A DNA stretch of 63,804 nt, filler included. It is 14 parts of 14 records of this genome, joined end to end, with 100 filler letters (N's around TTAATTAATTAA, not from the genome) between each part and the next. Parts side by side here need not be neighbours in the genome. Positions count along the whole stretch, not along the records: positions 1 to 6,935 come from SRR15195285_766; positions 7,036 to 10,430 come from SRR15195285_768; positions 10,531 to 15,085 come from SRR15195285_775; 11 more parts are not named here. One strand, written 5' to 3'. The notes under the pieces were generated by a model. It searched no databases and was not told the DNA's origin. It saw nothing but the letters and a program-made list of their open reading frames with translations. This document shows, in pieces, positions 1 through 10,781 of the stretch; position 1 is the stretch's first letter; each line of letters starts with the position of its first letter. The position numbers and the translations under genes are program-made.

Positions 1-30
1 AGCAACAGCAGCAGCAGCAGCAGCAGCAGC
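1..30 (+). repeat. (CAG)n microsatellite at contig start
   Basis: agcaacagcagcagcagcag... read directly. Confidence 0.9.
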
Positions 31-50
31 GAGGTCTAGAGCTCGCAATT

Positions 51-707
51 TTGCGTACGTTAGCACAGATTGAGGATCGCAATGGAAATCATATCGTTGC
101 AGAGCAGCTGCATTGTGACGTCGGCACTGTCCTGAGACAAGAATACTTACATCCGGCAGTCGACATAAGTACGTGTTTGATCGAGCATCGCAAAATGCAC
201 AGCAGGAGAAGATGTGATCTGGAGATTCGAGAGGGTACAGCAGTGGTGCTGCAAGTGCGTGATATTGTAGATGCTGCAGAGCAACGAGCGGCAGAGGAAG
301 CACAACGGTTGCGACTAGCAGCCAGCTCTAGTAACACACGGTCGACTGCAGACTTGAGCACGACTCGACGGATGCGTCCGATGTCAGTGGCTGAGCGACG
401 AAGGCAGCGCAGATTGCGAAGGACCTACGGTCACACCAACGATGCACCAGTAGCCAAGGTGTTCGATTCACAACGACCGACACTGAGATGTCCGAGAGTG
501 GTGCCACCAGTATGCCTCCATGAGGGATTGTCACCGTCACCGACATCCGCACTGTCGTACTATGGCAGTGATGTGGCCGCTGTTCGTGGCTACAAAGAGA
601 CATCTTCTTCGTTTTCGTCATCGTTGTTGCCGTCGTTTCGAGCGGACAGGTTACTCAACCTTCGCGAGAAGGCAGCGCTTGAGCGACGAGCAGCTATATC
701 TCGCTAG
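51..707 (+). CDS. hypothetical protein, probably the 3' part of a gene truncated by the contig start
   Basis: 218-aa ORF with no true ATG start; charged, low-complexity C-terminal half; convergent with the GH92 gene; no family recognised. Confidence 0.4.
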   Translation: MRTLAQIEDRNGNHIVAEQLHCDVGTVLRQEYLHPAVDISTCLIEHRKMHSRRRCDLEIREGTAVVLQVRDIVDAAEQRAAEEAQRLRLAASSSNTRSTADLSTTRRMRPMSVAERRRQRRLRRTYGHTNDAPVAKVFDSQRPTLRCPRVVPPVCLHEGLSPSPTSALSYYGSDVAAVRGYKETSSSFSSSLLPSFRADRLLNLREKAALERRAAISR

Positions 708-798
708 GCAGGCCATGAGGAGCAGTACGAATCTTGTCTGGCGGCAGCACATGGTGACTGTAGGCAGGAGATGAATTCGCTGTACATTTTCTATCACT

Positions 799-3700
799 TC
801 ATGATATAAAACCTGGTCGATCGACACCAGGCACGAAAGCGCTCTCCGGGTCCGCTGTCATCTCGAATAGAAGCACACCACCGTCCATCAATTTATCGAA
901 GCCAATGGAAAGCTTGTCTAAACTTACGCCATTCCAGGAGACGCTCGCAACGTACACGGCTGTCTTAGTGTTTGCGGGGGCCTTGATATGCAGCACATTA
1001 CCGCTGTCTAGGGTCAGCCTGACATATCTGAACATCGGGGATCCAATGGAGTATTCCAATGAACCTGGTACGAGCTGGTACAGACCCATGGCTGAGAGCA
1101 AGAACCAGGCTGACATCGAGCCATTGTCTTCATCACCACTAAAATACTCAGGGCCGTAAAACAAGGAGGTCGCTGCTCGGAGAAATCGTTGGCCGTCAGC
1201 GGGACAGCCAGCAGGAGCAAACATCCATAGTTGGTGCCACACTGGCTGGTTGTTGTGTTCATACTGCCCGAAACAGTTTTCAACCATTTCAACTTGCTCG
1301 TGGTGCAGTCCCCAATTTCCGTTATGATAAACCTGTCCAGGAGCAGCCTCATTCTTCACAGCAGAAGCGCCAGTCATCGTCTCGGTGAGGTACGCACACA
1401 TCTGTCCGTCGCTGCCGTATAGCTGCGCCAGAGCTTGAGGCTCGTGTGGTACATAGAATCTGTATTGCCAAGCAGCTGCTTCCGTGAATTCGCCACTATT
1501 GCCTTCCCAGGCGAACTCATCAAATGGCGTAAGCCAGGATCCGTTCGCATACTTTGGACGCATAAATCCACCTTTGAAGCTTGGGTCAAAAAGGCTTCTC
1601 CAAGATTTGCTACGGTTGAGCAGCAGTTTTGCGTTCTCTGTGTGTCCCAGCGCTGCCGCGGCAAGACTCATTGAGAAATCAGCCAGATTGTAGTTCAAAG
1701 TAGCACTCACTTCGTCACCGACACCATTGCCAATTGGAATAAAACCATGGGTTTCGTATAGGGCCAACCCCTTCCTTCCCTTAGGGTCGATTGTGTAAGC
1801 ATCCTTTGCTACTGCCTCCCATGCCAACGACGCATTGAAAGTTTCTGGCAACCACTTTCGCTTCACGATTGCATCAGCGACTGATGCATCTTGCATGTTG
1901 CCTGTCATTGCACCACGATCTCCTGGTGCTGACCACGATGGCAGCCACCCACCCTCAACATAGGCGTTCAGCCAACCCTCCATCTGCAAGCCCCATTGAT
2001 CTGTGTGTAACAAACTGTTCAGAGGATACACAGTTCGATACGCGTCCCAAAACCCGCTGTCCGATGCTCCACGACCTGCAAACGTCCCTCCCTCTGGGTC
2101 ATAGGCCGAGAAGTGGATTGGATTACCATCGGAGTCGTGCTCGAAAAACATTCGCGGGTACACAGCAGCACGGAACAAGTTTGTGTACCTGCAGGTATCA
2201 GCGCGCAGCACACACATCCATCCTCCACGATTGAATCTTCAACCAATACATATCACAGATGCATCCATACCACCTTCTCAATCATCCATGGCCTATGCGA
2301 GCACGCACCAGGTACCCTTTGCATACTCTCCCTCGGCCTCGGTGGTGTTTCCAACGTCGACCAGCTCTGCCTTCGAAAGCATTTTATTCCAAGCAGCTCG
2401 ACTTTGTGCCGACACATCCTCGAAGCTCTGGCTAATTGGAATCTCTGTGGCAAGGTTCTTCTTTGCCTGATCGATGCTGATAAACGAGGTACCAATGCGA
2501 ACAGTCACCGATTTTGTAGTCGATGGTAGTGACGTAACTGCCTCCAAGCCATTTTTGTACCTGGACGAGCAGCCCGAAGGTGCGCAGTTAGCTCAGCAGA
2601 TTGTGGCCTTACTCATGACAGAATTGCAAACATGGACACTGTGGCAGCACTTGCATGTTGTCATTCACATTCACCACTGACGCGTCGGATAAAGGCTCAT
2701 TGAACTCCATGTAGAAGTAATGAGCAAACGAGGTAGTGGAGGAAACCTGCTCCACACCAACACCAACAGTAAGTATGAGGCCCATGCAGCAACGTGAGAT
2801 GCATGTAGATTCTGAACCAGATTTCATATATCAGAAGAAGCACTGGTGTGTAGTCCGCATTCCAGCCGACGATCGTCTGGGTTCCATCATCACCACTCTT
2901 GATTGTGGCCGTCTTCCCAACCGAGCAGGTGATGGTGCTGCTATCGAGGTTTATCCGCCAGGCGTTGCAACCGGCTGTGCTACAGCAGATTGCTGCGCAC
3001 TCCGTCATGAGATCGTCTGAGGAGTTGGTCGGCATTGGGGTATCCGGACCGAGATTACCATCAAGATGAAAATGCAGGCTGAAGGATGCCCTCACCGTAA
3101 TATCAGGGCACTGCGCAAGGCCCGACATAGCGCGATGTGTCTGCTTTGCCAGGGCACCGGCAGGTGCAACACGTGATGGCACCCCTCCACTGTTGGCACG
3201 CGTATACCCAGTGATCGTCCCAGCTTTCATGTCGATTGTGACATTATCAGTCAGCGCTGCACCAGTCCGTCCGACAAGCACACGCAAATGGCGAGTCTGG
3301 TCCCACCCACTTTCTGGGTTGTGTGGTGGGAAGCGGATGTGAAGCAGCGCCGCCCGTTCTGTTGCTGTCAGCGCTGTGCTTAGGCAACCTCCCTCATGCT
3401 CTGGTCCACTGCAGTAGCTTTGCCAGGTTGTGTTGAGCTGGTATGTCTTCATGATGGCGGACGTGCGGTTGTACTTGGAGGCTTTGTCGGGCCACTGTGG
3501 CTTGAGCTCGCCCACAGCGGGTGTAATGAGGAACTCGCCGTAGTCGTAGATCCATGGGCTTGCCTGGTGAGTACACCTGATGCCGTAGAGCTCGCGATCC
3601 TCTGGATGATACCACCAGCTTGACAGCGGCGAGGCGATGGCGCCGGCGTAATTGTTAGTCTGTAGAGCCCAATTGTTCATACTCCATGGTCGACCAACGA

Positions 3701-4091
3701 ACGGCAGCAGGGAGCCCGTGCCGTAGTCGATCCGGGAACGGGTGCCACTGAGTATCGAGGCATAGTCCACGGGCTCACCCTTGGACCCCATCTGCAGCTG
3801 AGGCAGAGCAGTGTCTGGCATCTTGCCGGAGTCGGTGCCAGAGTACCTGCTCCAGCGTGAAATCAAATCTTGAGCAGCCAAAATAGAACTAGTACCAGTA
3901 CTATTCAGCACGCAACAAGCTCTCCCCAATACAATCACGTATCTCAAGACAGATGAATTGAGTGTCAGATGAAGTCTCGGGTACCGTATATTGTGATTTG
4001 CAGAGCCGGCGTGGTCGGCAACGAGCGTGTGGAGCGCAGTCGATTGAATGAGAAGCTGAAGGAGGTGCTGTGAGGCTGCTCGCGCTAGCAT
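799..4091 (-). CDS. secreted GH92 alpha-1,2-mannosidase (multi-exon)
   Basis: Motifs THQASPWIYDYG, IGTSFISIDQA, GWLPSWSAPG, MTGN, FTEAAAWQY (acid Glu), HHEQVEM, HNNQP and GDEDNGSMSAW (Ca-binding/base Asp). ORF pieces 2697-4091, 2609-2827, 2293-2547 and 799-2217 join via GT-AG introns. Hydrophobic N-terminus. Confidence 0.93.
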
Positions 4092-4288
4092 CGTCTCTCT
4101 CGGTGGTGCTTCCAGCTAGTAGTACTAGTAGGTGCTCGATAACGAAGGGCGACCGCGACCTCGCGCGTCCAGGTCACGAGCCTCCTGCGGCAGGGGGCGG
4201 CGCGGGGCGCGCGCGGCGCCGCATGCACACGCGGCGGCGGGACGGCGCCTGGTAGTCCCGCGCGCGGAGCGCGGTCGGGGAACGCCGC

Positions 4289-4295
4289 TATATAA
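4289..4295 (+). promoter_or_regulatory. candidate TATA box in the GH92/GH27 divergent intergenic region
   Basis: TATATAA embedded in otherwise very GC-rich DNA between two divergent start codons. Confidence 0.35.
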
Positions 4296-4464
4296 GGATC
4301 CTAATCTAGTGGCCGGACAGCCACACCGCGCGGTACCGGCGCTGTCCCGAGCGCGCTAGCGCGCGCCGGGGACTGTCTCCGGCCGCGGCGCGCACGCTGA
4401 ATACAACTCGGGCGGAAGTAGGCAGATCGACTGCGACCGATAGTTAGTGTGCACGCTGCAGACG

Positions 4465-6935
4465 ATGGCGCGGGTCGTGCTGCCATTGCTAGTTACCCAG
4501 ATGTTCTTGTTTGGTCTGGGCGGGATGCGCACAGCATGTGCGATCGACAACGGAGTCGGAGTCACGCCGCCGATGGGTTGGCGCCACTGGAAGGTACGGA
4601 CTTCTCCATGTTTTGTGCTATCTACCATTGACAGAGCCCTAACATTTCACTGAAGACACTTTTTAAAAATCTAAGCTGTCTACCCCACGAAGGCTCAGCA
4701 CACGCTTATACTGCATTGTCTGCGAGGCAGGCGTTTGCGGCACACATCAGCCAAGACATCATGGAAACAATGATGGACGAGATGACGAAAAAGTATCCGG
4801 TAGATGGTGTGCCCACGAGCCTGAAAGATCTTGGGTATTTGTACGTTGGGCTGGACGACCACTGGCAAAACTGTACGGTCTTGTGCCCCAATGGCACTGT
4901 GGTGCCAAGCTGGAAACCAGGGCCGGAACGCTGGGGCCCGGCAAATGGGCCTGACTACAACTACCAAAACTGCGTGAATAGCAGCGGCGGGAACGTTCCA
5001 GGCTCACGCTCGATCCCATGGTACTCTGACGGCACTGATCCTGTCCAGGGCCCGTACGGCACGCCGCAGGTTGACACCGTCCGATTTCCAGATTTGAAGG
5101 CCATGGTATCAAAGGCGCACGGACTGGGGCTGAGGGCTGGTTGGTATATGGGCAACTATCAATGTGCAGGAGCGAACAACCAATGCGCTCTCGGAGGCAA
5201 GCGTGGCAACGTGTCGCTTGGCGCAAACTGTTCCGCCTGGGATATGGACAAGCTCGTCGCTGGATCCGTCAAGGCGCTGGTGGACTACGGCTTCGACTCC
5301 GTCAAGGTGCGTTTTCAATTCAGACGCTGTCACAAAGCAGCTCTAGTGCTAACGTCAAGCCGCTTGGCTGTTTTTGGGTTGCTTAGCTTGACTCAGGTTT
5401 TGCCGTTGGGAGAAACCTCACTCTGTGGGCACAGTTGGCGAACGAGTCTGGTGAGCACCATGTACCTGTCGGTGTGCATACAGGCGTCTGGCTGCTGCGC
5501 ACTCACACGCAGTAGTACACAGTATCACAAAAGCACGCCAACGGGCACGCACACATGCTCTTGTATGTTGTTGTGCATCAGCAGATAGGAACTACCACAT
5601 CGTTCGGTGAGGTATTTGTTGTGTGGTTAGGACGGCCGATTATGTTTGAGAACTGCCACCAAGGAGCTATCGCCCCCGGTATGAACGATCAGGATAACGG
5701 ATATTGCACAGGACTGCCAGGCAAGGTGCCAGGAAAGCGCGAGATATCTGACTGCCCATTTACGTTCTGGCGCACGACTGGAGACCCTGGCCCTGACTGG
5801 GGCACGGTTTGTATACCACTCAATAGTTCATGCATAACATCATTTTGTACATCCGCTGGTTCTGGCTGCTGTACGTGCTGCATCACTTGTGCATTAGAAA
5901 TACGCAGCCATACTGATTGCTGCAATCCATGTGGGCGATAGATCATGCGCGAGCTCAATTCATTGCGCAAGAATGTCAACCCGTTCTACGGCAATGGAAA
6001 GCACGATGGTGCCAAAGAGTATAACGCCGACCCACCACTTTCGCGACCTGGGTGAGTGTTTGTCCCAGAGAAGCTGATTTCTATTGTCCAATACATTGTG
6101 CACCATGACGCACGTGCATGGTTTTGACCTAGGGGCTGGGCATATCCGGGAACAATGGTGGTCGGTGACGGAGGGCGCGTCAACGCAACCGGCCAACTGG
6201 AAGGAGGCATGACCAAGGACGAGAACAGAGTGCACTTTGGCGGCTGGTGTATAGTCTCCTCCCCACTTATTCTCGCCTATAACCTGTCAGAAGATGCACG
6301 GCGAGAGCTGGTATGGGATATAATAACCAACAAGGAAGCTATCCAAGTGAACCGTGCGTGATACGATTGTCGTAGCTAGCATTGTGCTGTTGTCTGCAAG
6401 CTATAGATCGTGAATTGTTACATTACGATGCTCAGTGCCTGCGTTGGTACCACGGTACTCATATAGCTGACTTTTAAGTTGTTGCATGGGGCAGAGATGT
6501 GGGCTGGTAATCCAGGTGCGCAAAAGCTGGATAAGCTCGGCTCGAACAAGCAAGTCGAAGTGTGGACGAAGCCGCTTGGCGCTGGGCGCACAGCCGCCCT
6601 CTTCATCAATACAGCTGACAAGGACTTCGAAGTTCCTGAGCTCAACCAAGGTGCAATTATGCTACAGCAGCCCGAGGCAGGAGCGACCGATGACCACGCA
6701 CGTAGCGGAGGAGGGCTCATCATGACGAAGTGCGATCCCTCAAAACCATCACAGGTTTGGCAGCTGAACACCGGTGTCACTACTAATGTGAAGTCTGCTG
6801 GCCCTTCTCAAGGCTGCTGGGAGATCACAGGCTGCAATACTAAGTCCGGGGCTGCCGTCGGCACAGGCTACGGCTGCAAACCCTTACCTGAGAACGGCTG
6901 TGGCAATGCGTGCTTTTGCAATGGCGCGTGGAAGA
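4465..6935 (+). CDS. secreted GH27 alpha-galactosidase-like protein with C-terminal ricin-B-like lectin module (multi-exon, 3' truncated)
   Basis: Signal peptide, then AIDNGVGVTPPMGWRHW, GLDDHWQ, RFPDL, VK|LDSG (nucleophile, across an intron), FENCHQG, WRTTGD (acid/base), HFGGWCIVSSPLIL, ITNKEAIQVN, VEVWTKPL. C-terminal KCDPSKPSQVW/CWEITGC. Canonical GT-AG introns. Confidence 0.9.
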
Positions 6936-7035
6936 NNNNNNNNNNNNNNNNNNNNNNNNNNNNNNNNNNNNNNNNNNNNTTAATTAATTAANNNNNNNNN
7001 NNNNNNNNNNNNNNNNNNNNNNNNNNNNNNNNNNN
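6936..7035. other. artificial contig linker
   Basis: 44 N + TTAATTAATTAA + 44 N. Confidence 0.99.
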
Positions 7036-10000
7036 AGTCGACGTCCCGGTTCGCATTACTTTTCTTGTCGACGTTTCCTGCGGCAAGGCCGCTACCCACG
7101 ACCTTGCCCGCGGTTTCGCCAAGGAACAACTGCGTGCCCTCCTGGAATAGAGTCGTCATGCCGCCTTTCTGTGCATTTTCTTTTTGCGACGCCTGTGGAC
7201 AAGGATGGTAGCAACGAAACGAACACGATGTCGAGCCAGTATATGATGGGAGTGAAATTAATCCGCACATCGTTCGTCACAGTTAGTCACCAGGAGGAAG
7301 GGGTACTCAGACGGCACAATTGCGGCTGCGGCACTTGCAGAGCGGGGGCAGTAGAGGTGCGCTGCATGCACGCACCGTCACTTGGGACTTAGTGGCCTGT
7401 TCAAGCTGCGTGTCCTCCGCGAGCATGAAATGTAACCCTGCGATGAAAACATCATGATGAGCTGCTGTCATTCTAATGCCCAACAGTTGTTTAGCTGCTC
7501 TTTTGACTACAACTCTCCAGTGGAAGATTTGAAAGCATCTATCTCTGCAATAGCAGTCCACATATGCACGCGGTCTAGCTCACATTCATCCATCTCGAGC
7601 GTCCGCGACTGATCCGGGTCAATCACACCTGTCGCATCAGCACAACCACCGCACAGGTCGGAAGCTCAATGAAGAACGTACATGTGACACTACCTTTTGC
7701 CAGTGCCAGATACGGAGAGTGCCTGGGTAACAATATAGTCGCTCCTCAGCGGGGGCGTGAGCAGCGCGTGTGGTAGCACAATAGGTCACAAGGTCGTGTT
7801 TGATCCTTACGCCAGATCACTTCAAATTCTTTTTTTGAGATAGGAACCTTGAAGCGTCTGAGCATCTTCTGCATCTCAGGGCGGGAGATCGTTCCACTAC
7901 CGTCTGCATCAGCCATTTCAAACAGGGTCCTCGCCCGACCAACCATCATTCCACGTTCGATCATTCTATTGTCTACAATGTTCAGTTTCTCCAACTGCTG
8001 TCTCAGCTTCTGCACAGCACCTTCACGAGGAGACAGCTCCATACATCGCAGCATTTTCTCAGCCGCACGTCGCACCACCCATCCAGCAAAGTCAGCGACC
8101 TCAACGGTGTCATCCCCCTCGGCGTCTGCCATTTGTAGTGTATGTGCGGTCATGATTGTGCTCTGGTCCTGAGGTGCCAGGAGATTGTATGCCTCAAATG
8201 CCTCACGGCTAAGAAACTTGTCGAGCAATTTCCGCGTAAATGTCAATTTTTCTTGATGAGCTTCGAACAGAGCATAGATCTCATTACGGGTCATCCGGTC
8301 TGTCCAGTCTTTGCCGTCTGCAAGACGACAACGTGCGGTGTCGGGCTGCATCAGTACACGCAAAAGACCGACGGACGGACTGGCGGACAGACGATGGACG
8401 ACAGAACCGCAAAGACAATGGCCACAGCCATGAACACACCTATTTGCTCGAGCAAGGCCTTCTCGCCGATCGACAGCTTGTCCAACACGCGCTGGGCTTC
8501 GTCGGGATTAGACCTTGACTTCGTCAGCGCGGTTGACCGCAGCCGATCCTTGATCCTAGTCCGGAGAGATTTGACCGTTTCCACGTGTTTGAGAACGTCG
8601 CTCATGGGATCTTCGGCAAGATGCAGTACGCCTAGCAAGATGGTGATTTTCCGCGTTGTGAGTATGACAAGCAGAACAACGCCCGCCACAGAGCCGATGA
8701 TCGCAGCGTGGAAGAGGAGCTGATATTGTATCGCAAGCAAGTCAGCGTCCATCATCGTGTCATGGCCGAACGCCTTGGGCACCCTCTGAATCACGTGAAC
8801 CAAATAGAACCCGAAGTAGAAGTCCGTGATCAGCTGCACCATCTGAGTGAGGAACATAAATGTCTCGTACTTTGCGATGGAAAAGATGTCGTTTGCCGTC
8901 ATGCCAACTTCGCTGAACACCATAATAGTGTCAGCTTCCTCATCCTCACCGTCTCCGTCGACATTAACCAAGTACATGTGATGTAAGTCCTTCTTGGTTC
9001 TGACATCTGTCCTCTCGGTCGAAGGATCGCCAGCTGCCATATCAGCGTGCGTCTCCGCAACCTTATTGACTTCCGCCTGCAACGATTTTAGGAGCCCTGG
9101 GATTTCCTCCTTGGTAAGTCGTTCTTGGTTGCCATCGCAGATGGTCATGATTTTTTCAATTCGTCGGTACAGTGAGCTCACAATGAGCCCCTGCCCGGCA
9201 ACGAGCGACCACCCGACTGCCACGTAGATTATGACAGATCGCAGCGTTTCTGCCGCTTCGATGTCATCTGGTCCAGCGCGCAAAGATTCCAGACACTCAT
9301 TGCACTGGCTCCGATAGCTGGTGTCCGAGAGATTTGACCGGAGCTTCTGCAACGCACCGTCAAGTGCAGCGTCATCCCAGCTGCACGTGTCCTCAAACAG
9401 CTGCGCGCGGCAAACCTTGGGCGCGGCCGCAGCCGCGAGCCGTCGGCGGCTTTCTGTGTCGCAGAAAGCCATGCAAATTGTAGGCGACTCTGGTGCTTCG
9501 GGAAAGCTGAATGCCGGCAGCACGTAGACCATTCCGACCCACCAGACGAAGTTGATCAGCATGAGTATCAGCCAGTGCCAGGATGTGATGTTAGCCATGT
9601 TGGTAACCACATCCTGAAGCACCAATTTCAGGTACATGACGTAGTCGAACTGTGGCGGCATGTGAAACTTCATCTGGAAGAGCAGCTGCATGACCTTGAA
9701 ATCTGAATCCTTGCGCCATGCCCTGCCGAAGAAGGGCAGAGCACCCTTGAACTTCAGCCACATCGAACCCTCGAGGTCACTCAGGTATTTCTCGGTGTCC
9801 TTGAGCACCCGAGCCGTCGGCATGAGTGAGACCCGATCCCAGTCGCGCTCCACGGTGTGCAGCGTGAACGACGAAATGGCGCAGTTGGCGACGTAAACCA
9901 GCACGGAGATTGAGACCAGCAGGTCGCAGAACTCGAAGCACTGGAGCGTTTCAGGGTTCCAGTCGACCCAACCGACCTCCTTACCCATGATCAGACCGAA

Positions 10001-10192
10001 CGCGATGACTCCGAGGATCATCAGCTCCCTGTACACCTTGTTCAAGATCTCTGAGTGAGCCTTGTTGTGCTCGAAGCGCCGTTCCAGGTAGTTGGTGAAC
10101 GCTTCCCACGCCACGGCAAACACCAGCATTCCAATCATCATCCACGCCGTCGCCCGGCCATTGATGTTGCCATTGAAGATATTGCCGCCCAT
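7036..10192 (-). CDS. MLO-like multi-pass membrane protein with C-terminal EF-hands (multi-exon, 3' truncated)
   Basis: EILNKVYRELMILGVIAFGL resembles MLO EALEKIKxELMLLGFISLLL; FDYVMYLK resembles MLO FDFHKYIK; several hydrophobic helices. EF loops DADGSGTISRPE and, in a small exon near 7585-7630, DPDQSRTLEMDE. Confidence 0.8.
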
Positions 10193-10430
10193 CGCTGCTT
10201 GGGCCCTGGTGCCGACGCCCCGTCACCCCCGGACCCCTCCTGCACGGGAGGCAGGGCCTACCAGAAACGACCTTCGGGCTCGCCGTCTCTCCCGCTCCGC
10301 CCGCTGCACCCTTACGGCTGCTCCCAGCTCACCCCAGCTCACTCACTCGCACCCTCTGCAGGTCCTCCTCACTCCCCACCCACCCACCCGACACACACCA
10401 CCACCACCCCCGTTGACGCACTCGCTCCGC

Positions 10431-10530
10431 NNNNNNNNNNNNNNNNNNNNNNNNNNNNNNNNNNNNNNNNNNNNTTAATTAATTAANNNNNNNNNNNNNN
10501 NNNNNNNNNNNNNNNNNNNNNNNNNNNNNN
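10431..10530. other. artificial contig linker
   Basis: 44 N + TTAATTAATTAA + 44 N. Confidence 0.99.
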
Positions 10531-10781
10531 CGTCACGAAAAGTGAGTCAAATCACTCATTAGTCCATGCCTGACTCATTTCAATCTGGGTACATGTACAG
10601 GTAGATCTACATGCATTTGAACATTGAAGACCTGATTCACCGTCACTGCTATCGCGCCCGCGGATACGCAAGTGGAAGTGCTGCTCGGCACCAGCTTCTT
10701 GGTCACGCAGGAGCAGCACCCGCGCCGTTTTTACGAACCTCGCGAGTGCAGCCGTTAGACCTCTGTGGCACTCACTCACGC

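Noticed and set aside
2190-2850. Apparent frameshifts or pseudogenisation in GH92 (and similarly in GH27, SppA, PL21, TauE)
   Set aside because: Where traced, the frame changes are explained by canonical GT-AG introns; no need for recoding, an alternative genetic code or pseudogene status.
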